From contig OZ242180.1 of NCBI GenBank assembly GCA_965205485.1, positions 704,001 through 768,000 on the forward strand: a DNA stretch of 64,000 bases, given 5' to 3'. Shown here in pieces: positions 29,855 to 41,270 of the stretch. This DNA is from Candidatus Latescibacterota bacterium. Its GTDB lineage: Bacteria > Latescibacterota > UBA2968 > GCA-2709665. The notes under the pieces were generated by a model, which saw only the letters and a list, made by a program, of their open reading frames with translations, had not been told where the DNA came from and searched no databases. Every line of letters begins with the position of its first letter. The stretch's first letter is position 1. The position numbers were made by a program, and so were the translations under genes.

Positions 29855-30886
29855 ATGAAACAGGAAGCCTATATACTGCTCTGGCTGCTGGGCCTGGCGG
29901 GCCTTGGCGTGCTGCTTCACCAGCTCGGTGAGCCGGAAGTGTGGCAGCACGTGGTGATGATGGGCTGGGGATATGTCCCGATAATTGGAATAACCCTGGC
30001 GGCCTATATGAATAACGTCTGCGCGTGGCGGGAGAGTTTTGACGGTGGGACCGAAAGGCCTCGAATGAGACCGTTGCTCTGGGTAAAGCTGGTCGGCGAA
30101 GCCCTGGGCAACGTGATGCCGGCCTCGCAGATCGGCAAAGAGGTCGCCAAGGTCATGATGCTGCGGGAGAGAATGGGCGTAACGGCCGGGGTGTCGTCTC
30201 TTGTACTCACCAAGACGGGCGAGATGGTCAGCGGCGTTCTCTTCGTCGTGGGCGGCGTTCTGGCGGGTCTTCGCCGATACGTATTTCCAGAGGAAATCCA
30301 ATGGGCGCTGTTTGCCGCACTGACGATCGCCGTCGTTGGCGCGGTATTTACCGTGGTGAGACAGCGCCGCGATCCCTTCACCGGGCTTGTGAACTTCCTG
30401 GTGCGGATGCGGATCTCGTTTGTGGCGCGGTTCCGCAATCGTGCGACGGAGATCGATCGCAATCTGGCCGGGTTTTACCGGCTGAAAGGATGGCGTCTGG
30501 CGGGCCTGCTGGGTATTCACCTGGTGACATGGGGCCTCGGAACCCTTGAGATCTACGTGATCCTTCGTGTGCTGGGCGAGCCGATGCCGTTTGTTTCGGT
30601 TTACCTGTTCCACTCGCTGATGATGGTGATCAATTTGATTTTCGGTTTTGTCCCGTACGGCATGGGGGTCTTCGAAGGTGGGCACGTGTTTCTCTTCCAT
30701 CTGATGGGACTGGAGCCGGGTACCGGATTGGCCGTGGGCATCGTCCGGCGGATCCGGAAGATCTTCTGGATGCTGCTCGGCCTGCTCCTGCTGCTTCTGG
30801 GGTCCCGCACCATCCGGTTCAGGACGCCGAAGGAGAAGGACGGTCTCGAACGAGTGGAGACGAAAGCGTCATTGCACCACGGGTAA
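29855..30886 (+). CDS. Lysylphosphatidylglycerol-synthase-TM / flippase-like membrane protein
   Basis: Multi-TM, N.MPA..GKE..K and PYGMGVFEGG..RRIR motifs; GAGGAG RBS. Confidence 0.7.
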   Translation: MKQEAYILLWLLGLAGLGVLLHQLGEPEVWQHVVMMGWGYVPIIGITLAAYMNNVCAWRESFDGGTERPRMRPLLWVKLVGEALGNVMPASQIGKEVAKVMMLRERMGVTAGVSSLVLTKTGEMVSGVLFVVGGVLAGLRRYVFPEEIQWALFAALTIAVVGAVFTVVRQRRDPFTGLVNFLVRMRISFVARFRNRATEIDRNLAGFYRLKGWRLAGLLGIHLVTWGLGTLEIYVILRVLGEPMPFVSVYLFHSLMMVINLIFGFVPYGMGVFEGGHVFLFHLMGLEPGTGLAVGIVRRIRKIFWMLLGLLLLLLGSRTIRFRTPKEKDGLERVETKASLHHG

Positions 30887-30940
30887 ACATCGTAAGGAAT
30901 CATTGATCGGTACTTTCACCTAAGACACTGGAGGAAGATC

Positions 30941-32065
30941 GTGAAGATTACCGCACTCGTCCTGTCCGCGACAATGGTGTTTAGTGCGATTATCCCGTCC
31001 GTAGTACAAGCGGCATCGGATTCGACTGCGGAAGCGGCCATTCAGAGACTCCATGCGAAGGCGGTCACGGTAATGTCCGGTAAGGAGGTTGATCTGAACA
31101 GGCTCTCTCCCGGCTGGTATGCTTACGTGGTGTTCATATTGAACGAGGCGGAAAGCGCGGCGATGGGCCGGATTGTCTCCCGCGAATCGAATCGAGTCGT
31201 GATCGCACCAGGCGAGGGGAAAGGATGGGAGATAGCACGACAGGATATCGCGGTCGTCGCAGTCGCCGACAACCCCGGCGGCATCGAGCTGTGGCGAATG
31301 GCACGGCGTGAGATGTTGGAGGTTCAGAAATCGACGATGACGGTGTTGTCCGGCGAAAACCTCGACCGCGGGAAGCTGAGAATCGGATGGCACGTACACA
31401 TCGATTACCGGTCCACCGGGATCGACCGCTCAACTAAGGGAATGATCGTGCGCAAAGACGCAGATCAGATCGAGATCAAACCACAGAAGAAGCAAGGAAT
31501 CCGACAGAGAATCCGTATGGACGATATCGAACGAATTTTCGTTACCCGAAGACGCAGCGAAATGGATCGCTGGCGGAAAGCGAGAGCGGCCATGCGTGAA
31601 CTCCAGGGTCCCAGGGTCCGGTTGAAGGCGCCATCGATATCGCCGCATTGGATGATCGGAAGGTTTGCAGGCGCCGTCCGGGACTCACTCGAGGTCCTGT
31701 CCGAACGCGGTACCGAACGGATCCCCCGTGCCCTGGTCAAAGAACTGGAAGTCAGCACGGGTCGTCATCGAAACACGATCAAGGGTATGGCCATAGGGGC
31801 TCTTGCCGGACTTGGCGCTGCACTTCTGATATATCCATATGATGTATCTGACGACGATAGAAGAGGGGAAGTTGAAGAAAGGGACCGCGCCGACCGATTC
31901 TTCTACGCCGTTCTCGTAGTGCCTCTCGCGACAGTCTGCGGCACCCTGGTCGGCGGCAGGACGATTACCGAAAAATGGGTCGAAGTTCACCCTTCCCGGA
32001 TCAATTTAAACATATCGCCGACAAGGAATAACGGCCTGAGGGCCGCGCTGTCTTTCCACTTTTAG
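30941..32065 (+). CDS. Hypothetical exported protein with internal duplicated domain
   Basis: GGAGG RBS, signal peptide (VQA), two ~88 aa homologous units, glycine-rich hydrophobic C-terminal hairpin ending LSFHF. Confidence 0.7.
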   Translation: MKITALVLSATMVFSAIIPSVVQAASDSTAEAAIQRLHAKAVTVMSGKEVDLNRLSPGWYAYVVFILNEAESAAMGRIVSRESNRVVIAPGEGKGWEIARQDIAVVAVADNPGGIELWRMARREMLEVQKSTMTVLSGENLDRGKLRIGWHVHIDYRSTGIDRSTKGMIVRKDADQIEIKPQKKQGIRQRIRMDDIERIFVTRRRSEMDRWRKARAAMRELQGPRVRLKAPSISPHWMIGRFAGAVRDSLEVLSERGTERIPRALVKELEVSTGRHRNTIKGMAIGALAGLGAALLIYPYDVSDDDRRGEVEERDRADRFFYAVLVVPLATVCGTLVGGRTITEKWVEVHPSRINLNISPTRNNGLRAALSFHF

Positions 32066-32241
32066 GCGTCGGCCAGGGCGAGAGGATGTCGTGTTTTACT
32101 GTGCCGGTAGATCGTCAATCCAGTTGGCAAGACGCTAGAGGTGGGGAGAGGGAAAGGGGAAGAAGGAAGAAGGAAAACGGACCACGGTGGGGGAAGGAAC
32201 CAGCACAGCGGAGATAGTGATCCATGCTCAACCGGGTTACT

Positions 32242-32541
32242 CTAGGCCGTGTGAACACGCACCTCTTGATCGAGCCTGCCAGACAGGGTGTCGCGGGCGG
32301 CTTCAAGGTCGTAACGGGTTTGCAGATTCATCCAGAACTGAGCTTCCATTGAAAAAAAGCGCCCCAATCTCAAGGCTGTATCTGCAGTAATGCGCCGCTT
32401 CCCGTGTATGATTTCATTGATGCGGCGCGGCGGCACATTGATTGCCTTCGCCAGGCGATACTGACTCATCTGCATCGGCTTGAGGAAATCTTCCAGCAGG
32501 ATCTCGCCCGGATGGATCGGTGAAAAGTCGCGGGTCGTCAT
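32242..32541 (-). CDS. higA: HigA family antitoxin (Xre HTH)
   Basis: PIHPGEILLEDFLKP, RRINEIIHGKRRITADTALRL, FWMNLQ. Confidence 0.95.
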   Translation of the reverse strand: MTTRDFSPIHPGEILLEDFLKPMQMSQYRLAKAINVPPRRINEIIHGKRRITADTALRLGRFFSMEAQFWMNLQTRYDLEAARDTLSGRLDQEVRVHTA

Positions 32542-32550
32542 CGTTGCTCC

Positions 32551-32832
32551 TCAATGATAATCGACGATCTCGACGTCGTAGGCATTTTCGTCTCGCCACA
32601 CGAAACAAACACGCCACTGATCGTTGATGCGAATGCTATGCTGCCCTTTACGATCATGGCTTAACGCTTCAAGTCGGTTGCCACGAGGTACGCGGAGCGT
32701 TTCAAGGATCGTCGCGGCGTTAAGTTGCTCGAGCTTGCGTGCGGCCGTTCTTTGAATATTCTGCGGCAATTTCAGGGAATACCGGCCGCGAAATATCTTT
32801 TCGGCTTCCCTGTCCCTGAAGGATCTGATCAC
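32551..32832 (-). CDS. higB: HigB-like toxin (RelE/ParE superfamily)
   Basis: MIRSFRD, GNRLEAL, HSIRINDQWRVCF, EIVDYH; toxin upstream of antitoxin. Confidence 0.95.
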   Translation of the reverse strand: MIRSFRDREAEKIFRGRYSLKLPQNIQRTAARKLEQLNAATILETLRVPRGNRLEALSHDRKGQHSIRINDQWRVCFVWRDENAYDVEIVDYH

Positions 32833-32838
32833 CCATTA

Positions 32839-32875
32839 AGCATAACAACTAAGAGTAATAACGTCAAGCGTTATT
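32839..32875 (-). promoter_or_regulatory. higBA promoter and operator
   Basis: Minus strand TTGACG-N17-TATGCT 6 nt before GTG; palindrome AATAACG-N5-CGTTATT over -35. Confidence 0.7.
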
Positions 32876-33059
32876 GAATGAAAAAACAAGGATGAACTCG
32901 CAATCGCGACAGGAGGGCAGTTTAACATGTGGAATAGCAGAGAAGCCAACCGGCGCATCAGAAACCCGATTGCTGTCTGAAGCTGCCTGACGGTGCGACT
33001 GCCCGCGAACTCAAAAGGTTCATATGTAGCAGCCAACGCCAACAATGACCAACCTTTAA

Positions 33060-33187
33060 TGGGAGACCCGGTAGTCCAACCCGTGCAGGCTGATTCGCTG
33101 ACCGAATACGACGGCCGCGTCGTCGGGTTCTGCAATCCGGGCTGCCGCGACGAATTCCTGAGCGCGGTCCCTATTTCGACGAAGTGA
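33060..33187 (+). pseudogene. Remnant of a YHS-like small-domain gene
   Basis: PVQADSLTEYDGRVVGFCNPGCRDEF resembles the C-terminal half of YHS-like domains; N-terminal CP motif and credible start absent. Confidence 0.45.
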
Positions 33188-33492
33188 CGGTCGCGCGAAC
33201 CTCACCATAGATCGTTTCCCGGCCGTGCCAGGCCGCCTGCGAGTCACCTCCCGCCCGCGATCGGCATCCCCACTCATTCCTCAATTTCATCCTTCCTTAT
33301 TGCCAACACAATACCCTCCTATACCGATTTCCTATCGTTTACGCCGCATCCATCGATCCGAATCCCGCCGATCAAAAGATCCGAATGTGGGCAGTGCACC
33401 CCGGATGGCGTACGACCGCATCAAATGCCGTATGGGGACAACGGACGTCATAATTTAGCCACTTCGCCGGATCTCCGACCCAAAATGCAACG

Positions 33493-33560
33493 AAATTCAT
33501 CATTAAATCATCAATATAGCGCTATAAATCAACGTTATTTCAACAAGATTTGGTTATATT
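33493..33560 (+). promoter_or_regulatory. Recurrent 4xTCA direct-repeat promoter, copy 1
   Basis: TCA at 33497/33508/33529/33540, TATATT at 33555. Confidence 0.7.
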
Positions 33561-34183
33561 AACATAATCCTGATCGTAAGATTCTCGCTCGTCACTTCGG
33601 TCGAGCTGATCAGGCTGTGATGCACGATGCAAAACCCGGTCGCCAATAAGGACATCCCGTCGTTCAGTTCACGGCGGTTCAGTGGTGGACCATACACATC
33701 AGGAGCGAGATTGTTGCCGCGAATGCTAAGAATCCGAGTGCCTGAATCGTCGAACGCAAGACCAGGGAGATTCTGGATCTTCGAGAGACTGGTATTGCGA
33801 CTAATTAGGAAAGTCGAGGGATAAATTATCTCACAAACTGCACTGTGGATTGATCTTGTCGTTCTCCTTTGTTTGCCGGCGGTCTCGAGAATTGCCATTT
33901 GCCTGCTTCATCTGGCGCATCGGTTAGCGGGTGCGGTTGAGAGTATCGCCGATAGATGTGAGTATATCGAGGGATGCAAGATACAGACCGCATCGCGTTG
34001 ACATGACGTGTGAGAAATGAGGATTGCAGGAGCCGTCGGCGGAAGAACGGTATTCCGAAGACGGTTACGATCGACTATTGAGCCCGGGGCATCTTTCGAT
34101 CCGGAGGGAAGGCGAACAAGCACGTAGCCATTGATCCCGTTTGCGATGTCGGGGCCTCACGTGGTGTTTACGCGGAAATATCG

Positions 34184-34453
34184 GTGGCCGGCATTGATGA
34201 AGAAACAAAATTCGTAACTCCCCAATCGGATTTGGGAAATCCTCGGATGAATTCTCGAACTTATCGCGGCAGAGATTACGTTGCCCATGACAGTCGCAAG
34301 ATGCGGAAGTGCCTGAAATGCGCGAGGATGTTTAACAGCGCCGGACCCGAAAACCGGATATGTGGAAGGCACGGAACAAAACGATCAAAATACGAAGAAT
34401 GGGCGGAGGGGCCTGGGGAGGGTCTCTTGAATCCCGGTGATGACGACGTTTGA
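34184..34453 (+). CDS. Small zinc-ribbon-like protein
   Basis: RKCLKCARMFNSAGPENRICGRH (CxxC-x13-CxxH); start 34184 or 34247. Confidence 0.6.
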   Translation: MAGIDEETKFVTPQSDLGNPRMNSRTYRGRDYVAHDSRKMRKCLKCARMFNSAGPENRICGRHGTKRSKYEEWAEGPGEGLLNPGDDDV

Positions 34454-34782
34454 GTGAATCACAGGTCCGGATGGTCCATACGGGACTGAAGACGCCGACA
34501 TTGTCCAGCTAAGCAAACAAGCCTCTGTATCGACCCCCTTCTGCGCCATCGGCAAGCTTCAGACTTCCTTTCCATGCGATGTCCACTCCGCCGCGATGCG
34601 CCCGGCCGATCGCACATACACGCCTCCTCTTTTCCACAGTCTTTGACGATCGGTTCCTGGCCCCTCACTCCGTGTCCCGGCCTTCCCGCCTGGTCTGTCT
34701 GTAATCACGATATTATAGATCAAGTGCTGTCATTTGTATCTGCATCTCGCGGATTTCGGACCTTCGCATGTAAGATAAGCCA

Positions 34783-34850
34783 AAATTCATCATAAAATCA
34801 TTAGAAATGTCGAATAATTCAACATTAGTTCAACAAAAAATCGTTAAGTT
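34783..34850 (+). promoter_or_regulatory. Recurrent 4xTCA direct-repeat promoter, copy 2
   Basis: TCA at 34787/34798/34819/34830, TAAGTT at 34845. Confidence 0.7.
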
Positions 34851-35045
34851 ATCACCTTACAAAGAAACGACTCGTGGAAGTCTCCATCTCAGATGGCTTG
34901 AAATCTGCTGGTGCCGGATAGAACGGATATACGGGTTGAACCAAATGTGGTGTTCTGTCCCGGTTAAAGGTTGGCCAAATACGGCGGGAGACTCAGGGAA
35001 CAGGACAATGGTCCCGTTCAAACCGGACCGCGGAGGAAGCTGAAT

Positions 35046-38000
35046 ATGGATTCCAGGAACGCGCAAGCCCGTCACAGGAAACAGGTCTTCGTTGTCGCCT
35101 GCACGGTCGGATTGATGGTCCTTGTCGGCTATACAATTCGCAACTATCTGAGCGGCGAGGTACTGGCGATGTCGACCCACAGTGTCATGACGTTGCTCGT
35201 GGCTGGCGGTCTGGCCGGACTCCTGCTGGGCGCGGAAGCTCGAAAATCCTATCGCGTCGTCTTGTTGGGAGTCGGGATCGGGCTGCTTTGGCTTTCCGCG
35301 TTTACACATAACTTCCTTTATTTTCACCTCCTGATGCCCTTGCTGTTTTTCTTTTTTCTTGGCAGACGCGAGGGCGGAATTCTGACAGGTTTCTTCTCTC
35401 TTGTAGCGGCCGTGTTGTTGCTGGCGCCGGGGCTGGCCGGCACGTTCGTCTACGAAACCGAGCAAGTTATCAGGTTCCTCGTCGGGTTTGTCTTCGTTAC
35501 AATCATCGCGTGGGGCCACGAATCTTCCAGCCAACGCCTTTATGACCACCTTCTGGCAAACAACGAACAGCTCGAAAACGAGCGGAGACAACTGGAGCGG
35601 GCCCTGGAACAGATCACTGAAACCGAAGCCCGACTGGAACAGACGGTCTCCGAACTGCACGACCGAAGCCAACTCATGAAGACTGTCTTCGACAATATGG
35701 ATGAGGGCGTGGCGGTCGCCGATGCGGACGGCAAATTGCTCCTGTTCAACCCCAGCGCGGAGCGCATTCTGGGCATGGGCCTGATGGATGCGACGCCCGA
35801 TGAATGGTCGGACACGTACGGCGCCTTCTATCTGGATAAGGAAACCCGCGTTCCAACCGAACAACTTCCCCTCGTGCGCGCTCTGCAGGGAGAAAACACG
35901 AACAATCTGGAATATTTCGTGCGCAATGAGAAAAAGCCGGGCGGTACCTACGTCAGCGCGAAGGGCCGATTCATACGAGGCACCAACGGTACTGGCGAAA
36001 AAGTCAAAGCCGCTGTGGTTGTGTTTAGCGATATCACCAAGCATAAGGAGCAGGAAGCAGCACTTTTGGAAAACATCGGCCAGCTGAAGAAACAGGCCCT
36101 GCTTATGGAAACGGTATTCAGAAGCGTCAGCGACGGCGTGGTCGTGACCGGTACGGATGGTGAATTCCTGTTCGTCAATCCCAAAGCCCAAGACATTGTC
36201 GGCATGGGACCGACGGAATCACCGGCTGATGAATGGGCCGAGACGTACGGAACGTTTTATCCGGACAAAGTGACCCCCGTTCCATCGGAAGAACTCCCGC
36301 TCATGCGCGCCATGCACGGCGAGACAACCGACGACGTCGAGTTGTTCATCCGCAATCAGGAAAGACCGGACGGGGTCTACATCAGCGTGAGCGGAAGACC
36401 GCTTCAGGACGATTCCGGCGAGATCGAGGGTGGGGTCATCGTACTCCGCGACGTCACCGTACAGAAGGCGACCGAATCGAAGTTAAAGAAAACCGTCCGC
36501 GGCCTTCAGGAGCAGACCCATCTGATGGAAACAGTCTTCGACAGCATCAGCGATGGTGTGATCGTTATCGATAAGAATAAGAAAACTCTGATTTTCAATC
36601 CCAGCGCGAAACGCATTCTCGGCTTGCACGTTCCGGATACGAGCTTTTCAAATTGGTCGGATACATACGGCATTCACACCATAGATGGAGAAACGGTCCT
36701 GCCGCAGGACGAGCTTCCGCTGGTGCGCGCCGTCCGCGGGGAGCCGTCGGATGGTGTCGAGCTGCTCGTACGCAACCGGGAAAAGCCGGAGGGTGTCTAC
36801 ATCAGCGTCAGCGGCAGACCCTTGCGGGGCGAGACGGATGTCATTACGGGCGCGTGTCCACTTTCCGGGACGTGACTGAGATCAAGGAAGCAGAGAGAGA
36901 TCTGAAACGAACGGCCGACAACCTGCGAATGCAGACTCACGCCATGGAGACCATATTCAACAGCATCAGCGACGGCGTGGTCGTTGCCGACGAAGACGGG
37001 AACTTCACGATCTTCAATCCCAGTGCGGAACGGATGGTCGGAATCGGGATGACGGAGACCGGCCCCGATCAATGGACGGACCAATACGGTATTTTCTTTC
37101 CCGATCGGGAAACGCCCTATCCAATGGACGAACTTCCGCTGGTTCGCGCCATTCAGGGCGAACCCTCCGATGAAGTGGAAATGTTCATTCGAAATCCGAA
37201 CGTACCGGAAGGCGTCTACATAAGCGTCAGCGGCAGACCCCTCCGGGAGTCGGGTATCGCCAAAGGCGGCGTGATCGTATTCAGGGACGTCACCGAGCGC
37301 AGACTCGCGGAAGAAGCGCTTTCTCAGGCGTTCGCGCAGGGAAGGCTGGAGATTGTGGACACGATCCTCCACAACATCGGAAACGCGATCAACAGTGTCG
37401 CCACTGGCCTGGGGACGATTCACGAGGAGTTGTCGAGAAACGAACTGTTACGTCGCCTGTCCGCGCTTGCAGCGGCTATTGAGGCGCATCGGGACGATTG
37501 GATAACCTATCTGAAAACGGACCCGCAGGGCCAGAAAGTGATGCCGTTCATTCTTGGCCTCGCCCATGACTTTGCCGAGCAAAACGCGCAGCTGACTCAG
37601 ACGGTGGGACGCGTGGAGAGCCGGGTTGCGCACATCGTCGATATCATCCGAACCCAGCGAACGATCGACACGGGAGCCCTTGCGCGAAAGGACATCAGCA
37701 TTGGAAAGGCCATATCCGACGCCACCAAGCTGCTCCAGGATTCGCTCGGCAAGAGAGGAGTCCGGGTTGAGGTCGACTGCCGGAATGCGCCGGAAGAGAT
37801 TCGAATCCAGGAGAGCAAGTTTCATCAGATGCTGGTCAATCTCATCAAGAATGCCATCGAAGCCATCGACGATCTGGAGAAAACCGTCGGAGTCCGGGAG
37901 AAGCCCCGCATTCAGATCCGGTCCTACGTTCAGGAGGACTACCTTGTCATCGACGTCATCGACAACGGCATCGGTATCGAAGAAAAGCGCCTGAAGATCA

Positions 38001-38200
38001 TCTTCGCAGCCGGATATACGACGAAAGAGGTGGGGAGCGGGCTGGGTCTTCACTCAATCGCGAATTTTATAATCGGTTCAGGCGGGCAAATTTACCCGAT
38101 AAGCGCAGGCTACGGCAAGGGAACCACTATGCGCGTCAAGCTGCGGCTTTCTTCGGTGGTGCCGGGGTCCGAGGCTGAGGACGGAGATTCGCTTTCCTGA
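35046..38200 (+). pseudogene. Membrane-anchored 4xPAS histidine kinase, split by a 1-nt deletion at ~36852 (real or sequencing error)
   Basis: ORFs 35046-36875 (TM + 3 PAS) and 36653-38200 (PAS, LHNIGN H-box, NLIKNA, DNGIG, GSGLGL); adding one G restores ITGGVSTFRDVT, matching GGVIV.RDVT in sibling PAS repeats. Confidence 0.8.
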
Positions 38201-38322
38201 ATCGCCGTCGACAGTCATGTGTAATGGGACACAGCGACAGATTGTGCGCCATCGTCGAATCCTGGAACTGATGGTGCAGTTCTAACGATATGAAACGCAG
38301 GACAACAACGCAGAGGTATTCG

Positions 38323-40218
38323 ATGGATTTCAGTAATCTTAAAACCCGTCGCGTGTTGATCGTCGATGACCAGAAAGAAATCCACGACGACTTTGCGGAA
38401 ATGTTGCGGCCTCGATTCATGGAAACCGTCACGGATGAGCTCGCGTCAGCCTTCACGCAGCAGACGGTCGGATCGTTTCTTCCGGAATTCGAGCTCCTGC
38501 ACGCGAACAGTGGCGAGGATGCCTGCGAGGTTATCAAGTCGGAGAAGGCAGCCGGACGGCCCATATGCGTCGCATTCGTTGACATTAGAATGCCGCCGGG
38601 GATCGACGGCATCGAAACGATCCGTCGGGTGCGGACCATCGATCGTGACATCGAGGTCGTCATCATGACCGCTTACACGGACAAGTCACTGGCCGAAATC
38701 ATCCACGATATGGAGTTACTCCACAAAGTGCTCTATATCCGAAAGCCTTTCGCACGGGAGGAAATCCAGCAGATCGCGCTTTCACTGGTTGGGAAATGGA
38801 ACGTGGAACAGGAGTTGGCGGCAAGGCGAAGCCAGCTGAATGACAGTCATCAAAGGCTTGAAGCCGTACTCGATGCCACTGGAGACGCGCTGGCCATGTA
38901 TGACGTCACCGGCAACCTGGTGTTTGCCAATCGCAGGTACGAAAGGGTACTCGACCTGCCGAAGAGCGAATTGCAAATGATGTCTCCGAAGGCCTTCAAG
39001 GAGCGGTTTGATGAGAGATTTCGAGAACCTGATCTGACTGACATGGAGGGAAGGTTCATTTTCGGGAGCAAGGGTAAAGTCGTAGAAAGGGCCGAGGCAG
39101 ACAATTTGCCCGGCAATCGTCTGTTCTATCGATCCGTAGCCCCGGTGAGCGATATCCAGGGAGAAATCATCGGCGATCTGTACGTGTACCGCGACGTGTC
39201 CAGAGAGATTCAGGTCGAGCGTATGAAGGCCGAAGTACTTCGCCTGCGCACCGAACTCAAGACGACCTACTCCTTCTCAGGCATGGTCGGCTCCAGCGCC
39301 CCGATGAAGCAGGTGTACGCGCTGGTGAAGCAGGCTGCCGAGAGCGACATTACCGTGTTGATCCAGGGCGAGAGCGGCACCGGCAAGGAACTTGTTGCGA
39401 AGTCCTTTCATTTCAACAGCCACCGCAAAGAGGGTCCGTACCTCACCATCAATTGCGCTGCCATTCCGGAGGCGCTGATCGAGAGTGAACTGTTCGGACA
39501 CGAAGAGGGCGCCTTTACGGGGGCGACGAAGCGGAGGATAGGCGTCTTTGAACGAGCCACGGGGGGAACGGTCTTCCTGGACGAGATCGGAGACATGGAC
39601 CTGGCCCTTCAGGCCAAATTGCTGCGCGTCCTGCAGGAGCGAGAGATCCAGCGCGTTGGTACAACGACCCCGATCCCGGTAGACATCCGGCTGGTCGCCG
39701 CCACCAACAAGGACCTGGAGGATGCGGTAAAGACCGGCAGATTCCGCGAAGACCTGTTCTATCGAATCTCCGTTTTCCCGATCGCGATTCCGCCGCTCCG
39801 CGAACGCCGCGAAGACATTCCGTTGCTGGCGAAACACTTCCTCGAAAAGCACACGAAACGCAACGGCAAAACCATCAGTGGCATTTCCACGGCCACGCTG
39901 CGTCTGTTGTTGCAGTACGATTGGCCGGGCAACGTTCGCGAACTCGAGAACGCCATCGAACGCGCCGTATTGCTCGAGACAACCGACGTTCTGCAGGTGA
40001 ATAACCTGCCGCCGCAACTCTCGCCGATCGTAGATTCCGGAACGGGCGGCGCGGCGCCAATGTCTGTGCTCCCACTGGCGGAAGTCGAACGGCAGGCGCT
40101 GGTCAACGCCCTTGAAGTATCCGACAACAACGTAACCGAAGCAGCACGTGCCCTCGGTGTCGGACGCGCGACACTGTACCGGAAATTGAAGAAATACAAC
40201 CTGATTGCCGGTCACTGA
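38323..40218 (+). CDS. sigma-54-dependent regulator REC-PAS-AAA+-Fis HTH
   Basis: [24 protein letters not shown]-like middle, [34 protein letters not shown]; start 38290 or 38323. Confidence 0.93.
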   Translation: MDFSNLKTRRVLIVDDQKEIHDDFAEMLRPRFMETVTDELASAFTQQTVGSFLPEFELLHANSGEDACEVIKSEKAAGRPICVAFVDIRMPPGIDGIETIRRVRTIDRDIEVVIMTAYTDKSLAEIIHDMELLHKVLYIRKPFAREEIQQIALSLVGKWNVEQELAARRSQLNDSHQRLEAVLDATGDALAMYDVTGNLVFANRRYERVLDLPKSELQMMSPKAFKERFDERFREPDLTDMEGRFIFGSKGKVVERAEADNLPGNRLFYRSVAPVSDIQGEIIGDLYVYRDVSREIQVERMKAEVLRLRTELKTTYSFSGMVGSSAPMKQVYALVKQAAESDITVLIQGESGTGKELVAKSFHFNSHRKEGPYLTINCAAIPEALIESELFGHEEGAFTGATKRRIGVFERATGGTVFLDEIGDMDLALQAKLLRVLQEREIQRVGTTTPIPVDIRLVAATNKDLEDAVKTGRFREDLFYRISVFPIAIPPLRERREDIPLLAKHFLEKHTKRNGKTISGISTATLRLLLQYDWPGNVRELENAIERAVLLETTDVLQVNNLPPQLSPIVDSGTGGAAPMSVLPLAEVERQALVNALEVSDNNVTEAARALGVGRATLYRKLKKYNLIAGH

Positions 40219-40294
40219 ACCTCGGCAGTTGCTGGTACGTCCCTATACTCGGGTTCTGCCAAAGACAGTTGAAATCCTACAGGGACTGTGAGTC

Positions 40295-40555
40295 ATGGAA
40301 AAACAACCGATACGCGCTATTTGTTTCCTGGCGGTCTCTGTCTTGTTGGCTTCCATTGTCATCGTTGTTGGCGGCTTCCTGATTGCCGAGCGGGTCTATC
40401 GTTACGAGAGAATCTCGATATATCCGGCCGGCTCGGATCAACCAACGGAGTATGTGTTGAATCGGGATGAAGGTTCTATCTGGATATTAAAGGGGGACGT
40501 CCTGCATCCAACGCGAAAGACCCCCACGGTGATGGCGGATCGAGGGGTACGGTAG
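40295..40555 (+). CDS. Small hypothetical membrane-anchored protein
   Basis: 86 aa, one N-terminal TM, YRY..Y.LNR..GSIW beta-rich tail; weak RBS. Confidence 0.5.
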   Translation: MEKQPIRAICFLAVSVLLASIVIVVGGFLIAERVYRYERISIYPAGSDQPTEYVLNRDEGSIWILKGDVLHPTRKTPTVMADRGVR

Positions 40556-40796
40556 GAACATCCAGATGCCAAAAACCGGACAAATCTGTCAGACCGCCGG
40601 AATCTACCGGGCCTTCGGCTTATGCCCCTGCAAGGATCGAATCGAGGTCCGAAAGGGACAACGATTTCCTTCCTGCAGGGAACATGGATGGAGAGTCCTG
40701 TGGGTCTTTCTTCAGGCAAACGGACAGCGAACATAACCTGATCCGGCTTAACATCCATTGTGGGATGATTTAAGCGTCGTCCGGCCGAACCCTTCA

Positions 40797-40839
40797 ATAC
40801 AAAGCCCGGTGCAATCAGAGATTGCACCGGGCTTTGTAT
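40797..40839. terminator. Bidirectional terminator-like hairpin
   Basis: ATACAAAGCCCGGTGCAATC-aga-GATTGCACCGGGCTTTGTAT 20-bp stem. Confidence 0.7.
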
Positions 40840-41236
40840 GTGGAGAATCATGGGTTGCCAGTCTTGTGTGCCGGCGAATGATGGCCGATTTCGTATACAT
40901 ACTATAAAAAATATGCCATTTTGGCCCTTCGTACACGTTATTTAAATATACATATTATATTTAATATATACTTCCGGGGACCGGCGCCGGGTCGATGGAC
41001 CAGGCACTGGCGAATCCCGTCTCGGCGGGCCTGAGCTGACAAGACAGCAATGTGTACTCGTCTATATGAAAATAGCCAGGCTTCAAGACATGAAACTCCG
41101 CGCCGTCCGGATCGCAACTTGCGAGAACCAGGTGGCGATATCATGTTCACATTTCCGGGCCCGTCCGGGCATGAAGGCGAATGACCGGTCAGATTATCTT
41201 GCTTTACGTCAGGGTTCATCCGCCCGGTTGTTGTTT

Positions 41237-41270
41237 GTCTCAAATTGAGACTTGCGTTTCGATTCGTGAC
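41237..41270 (+). promoter_or_regulatory. Putative bEBP enhancer pair
   Basis: Palindrome GTCTCA-aat-TGAGAC plus degenerate copy GTTTCG-att-CGTGAC 19 bp later, ~175-205 bp upstream of a -24/-12 promoter. Confidence 0.55.
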
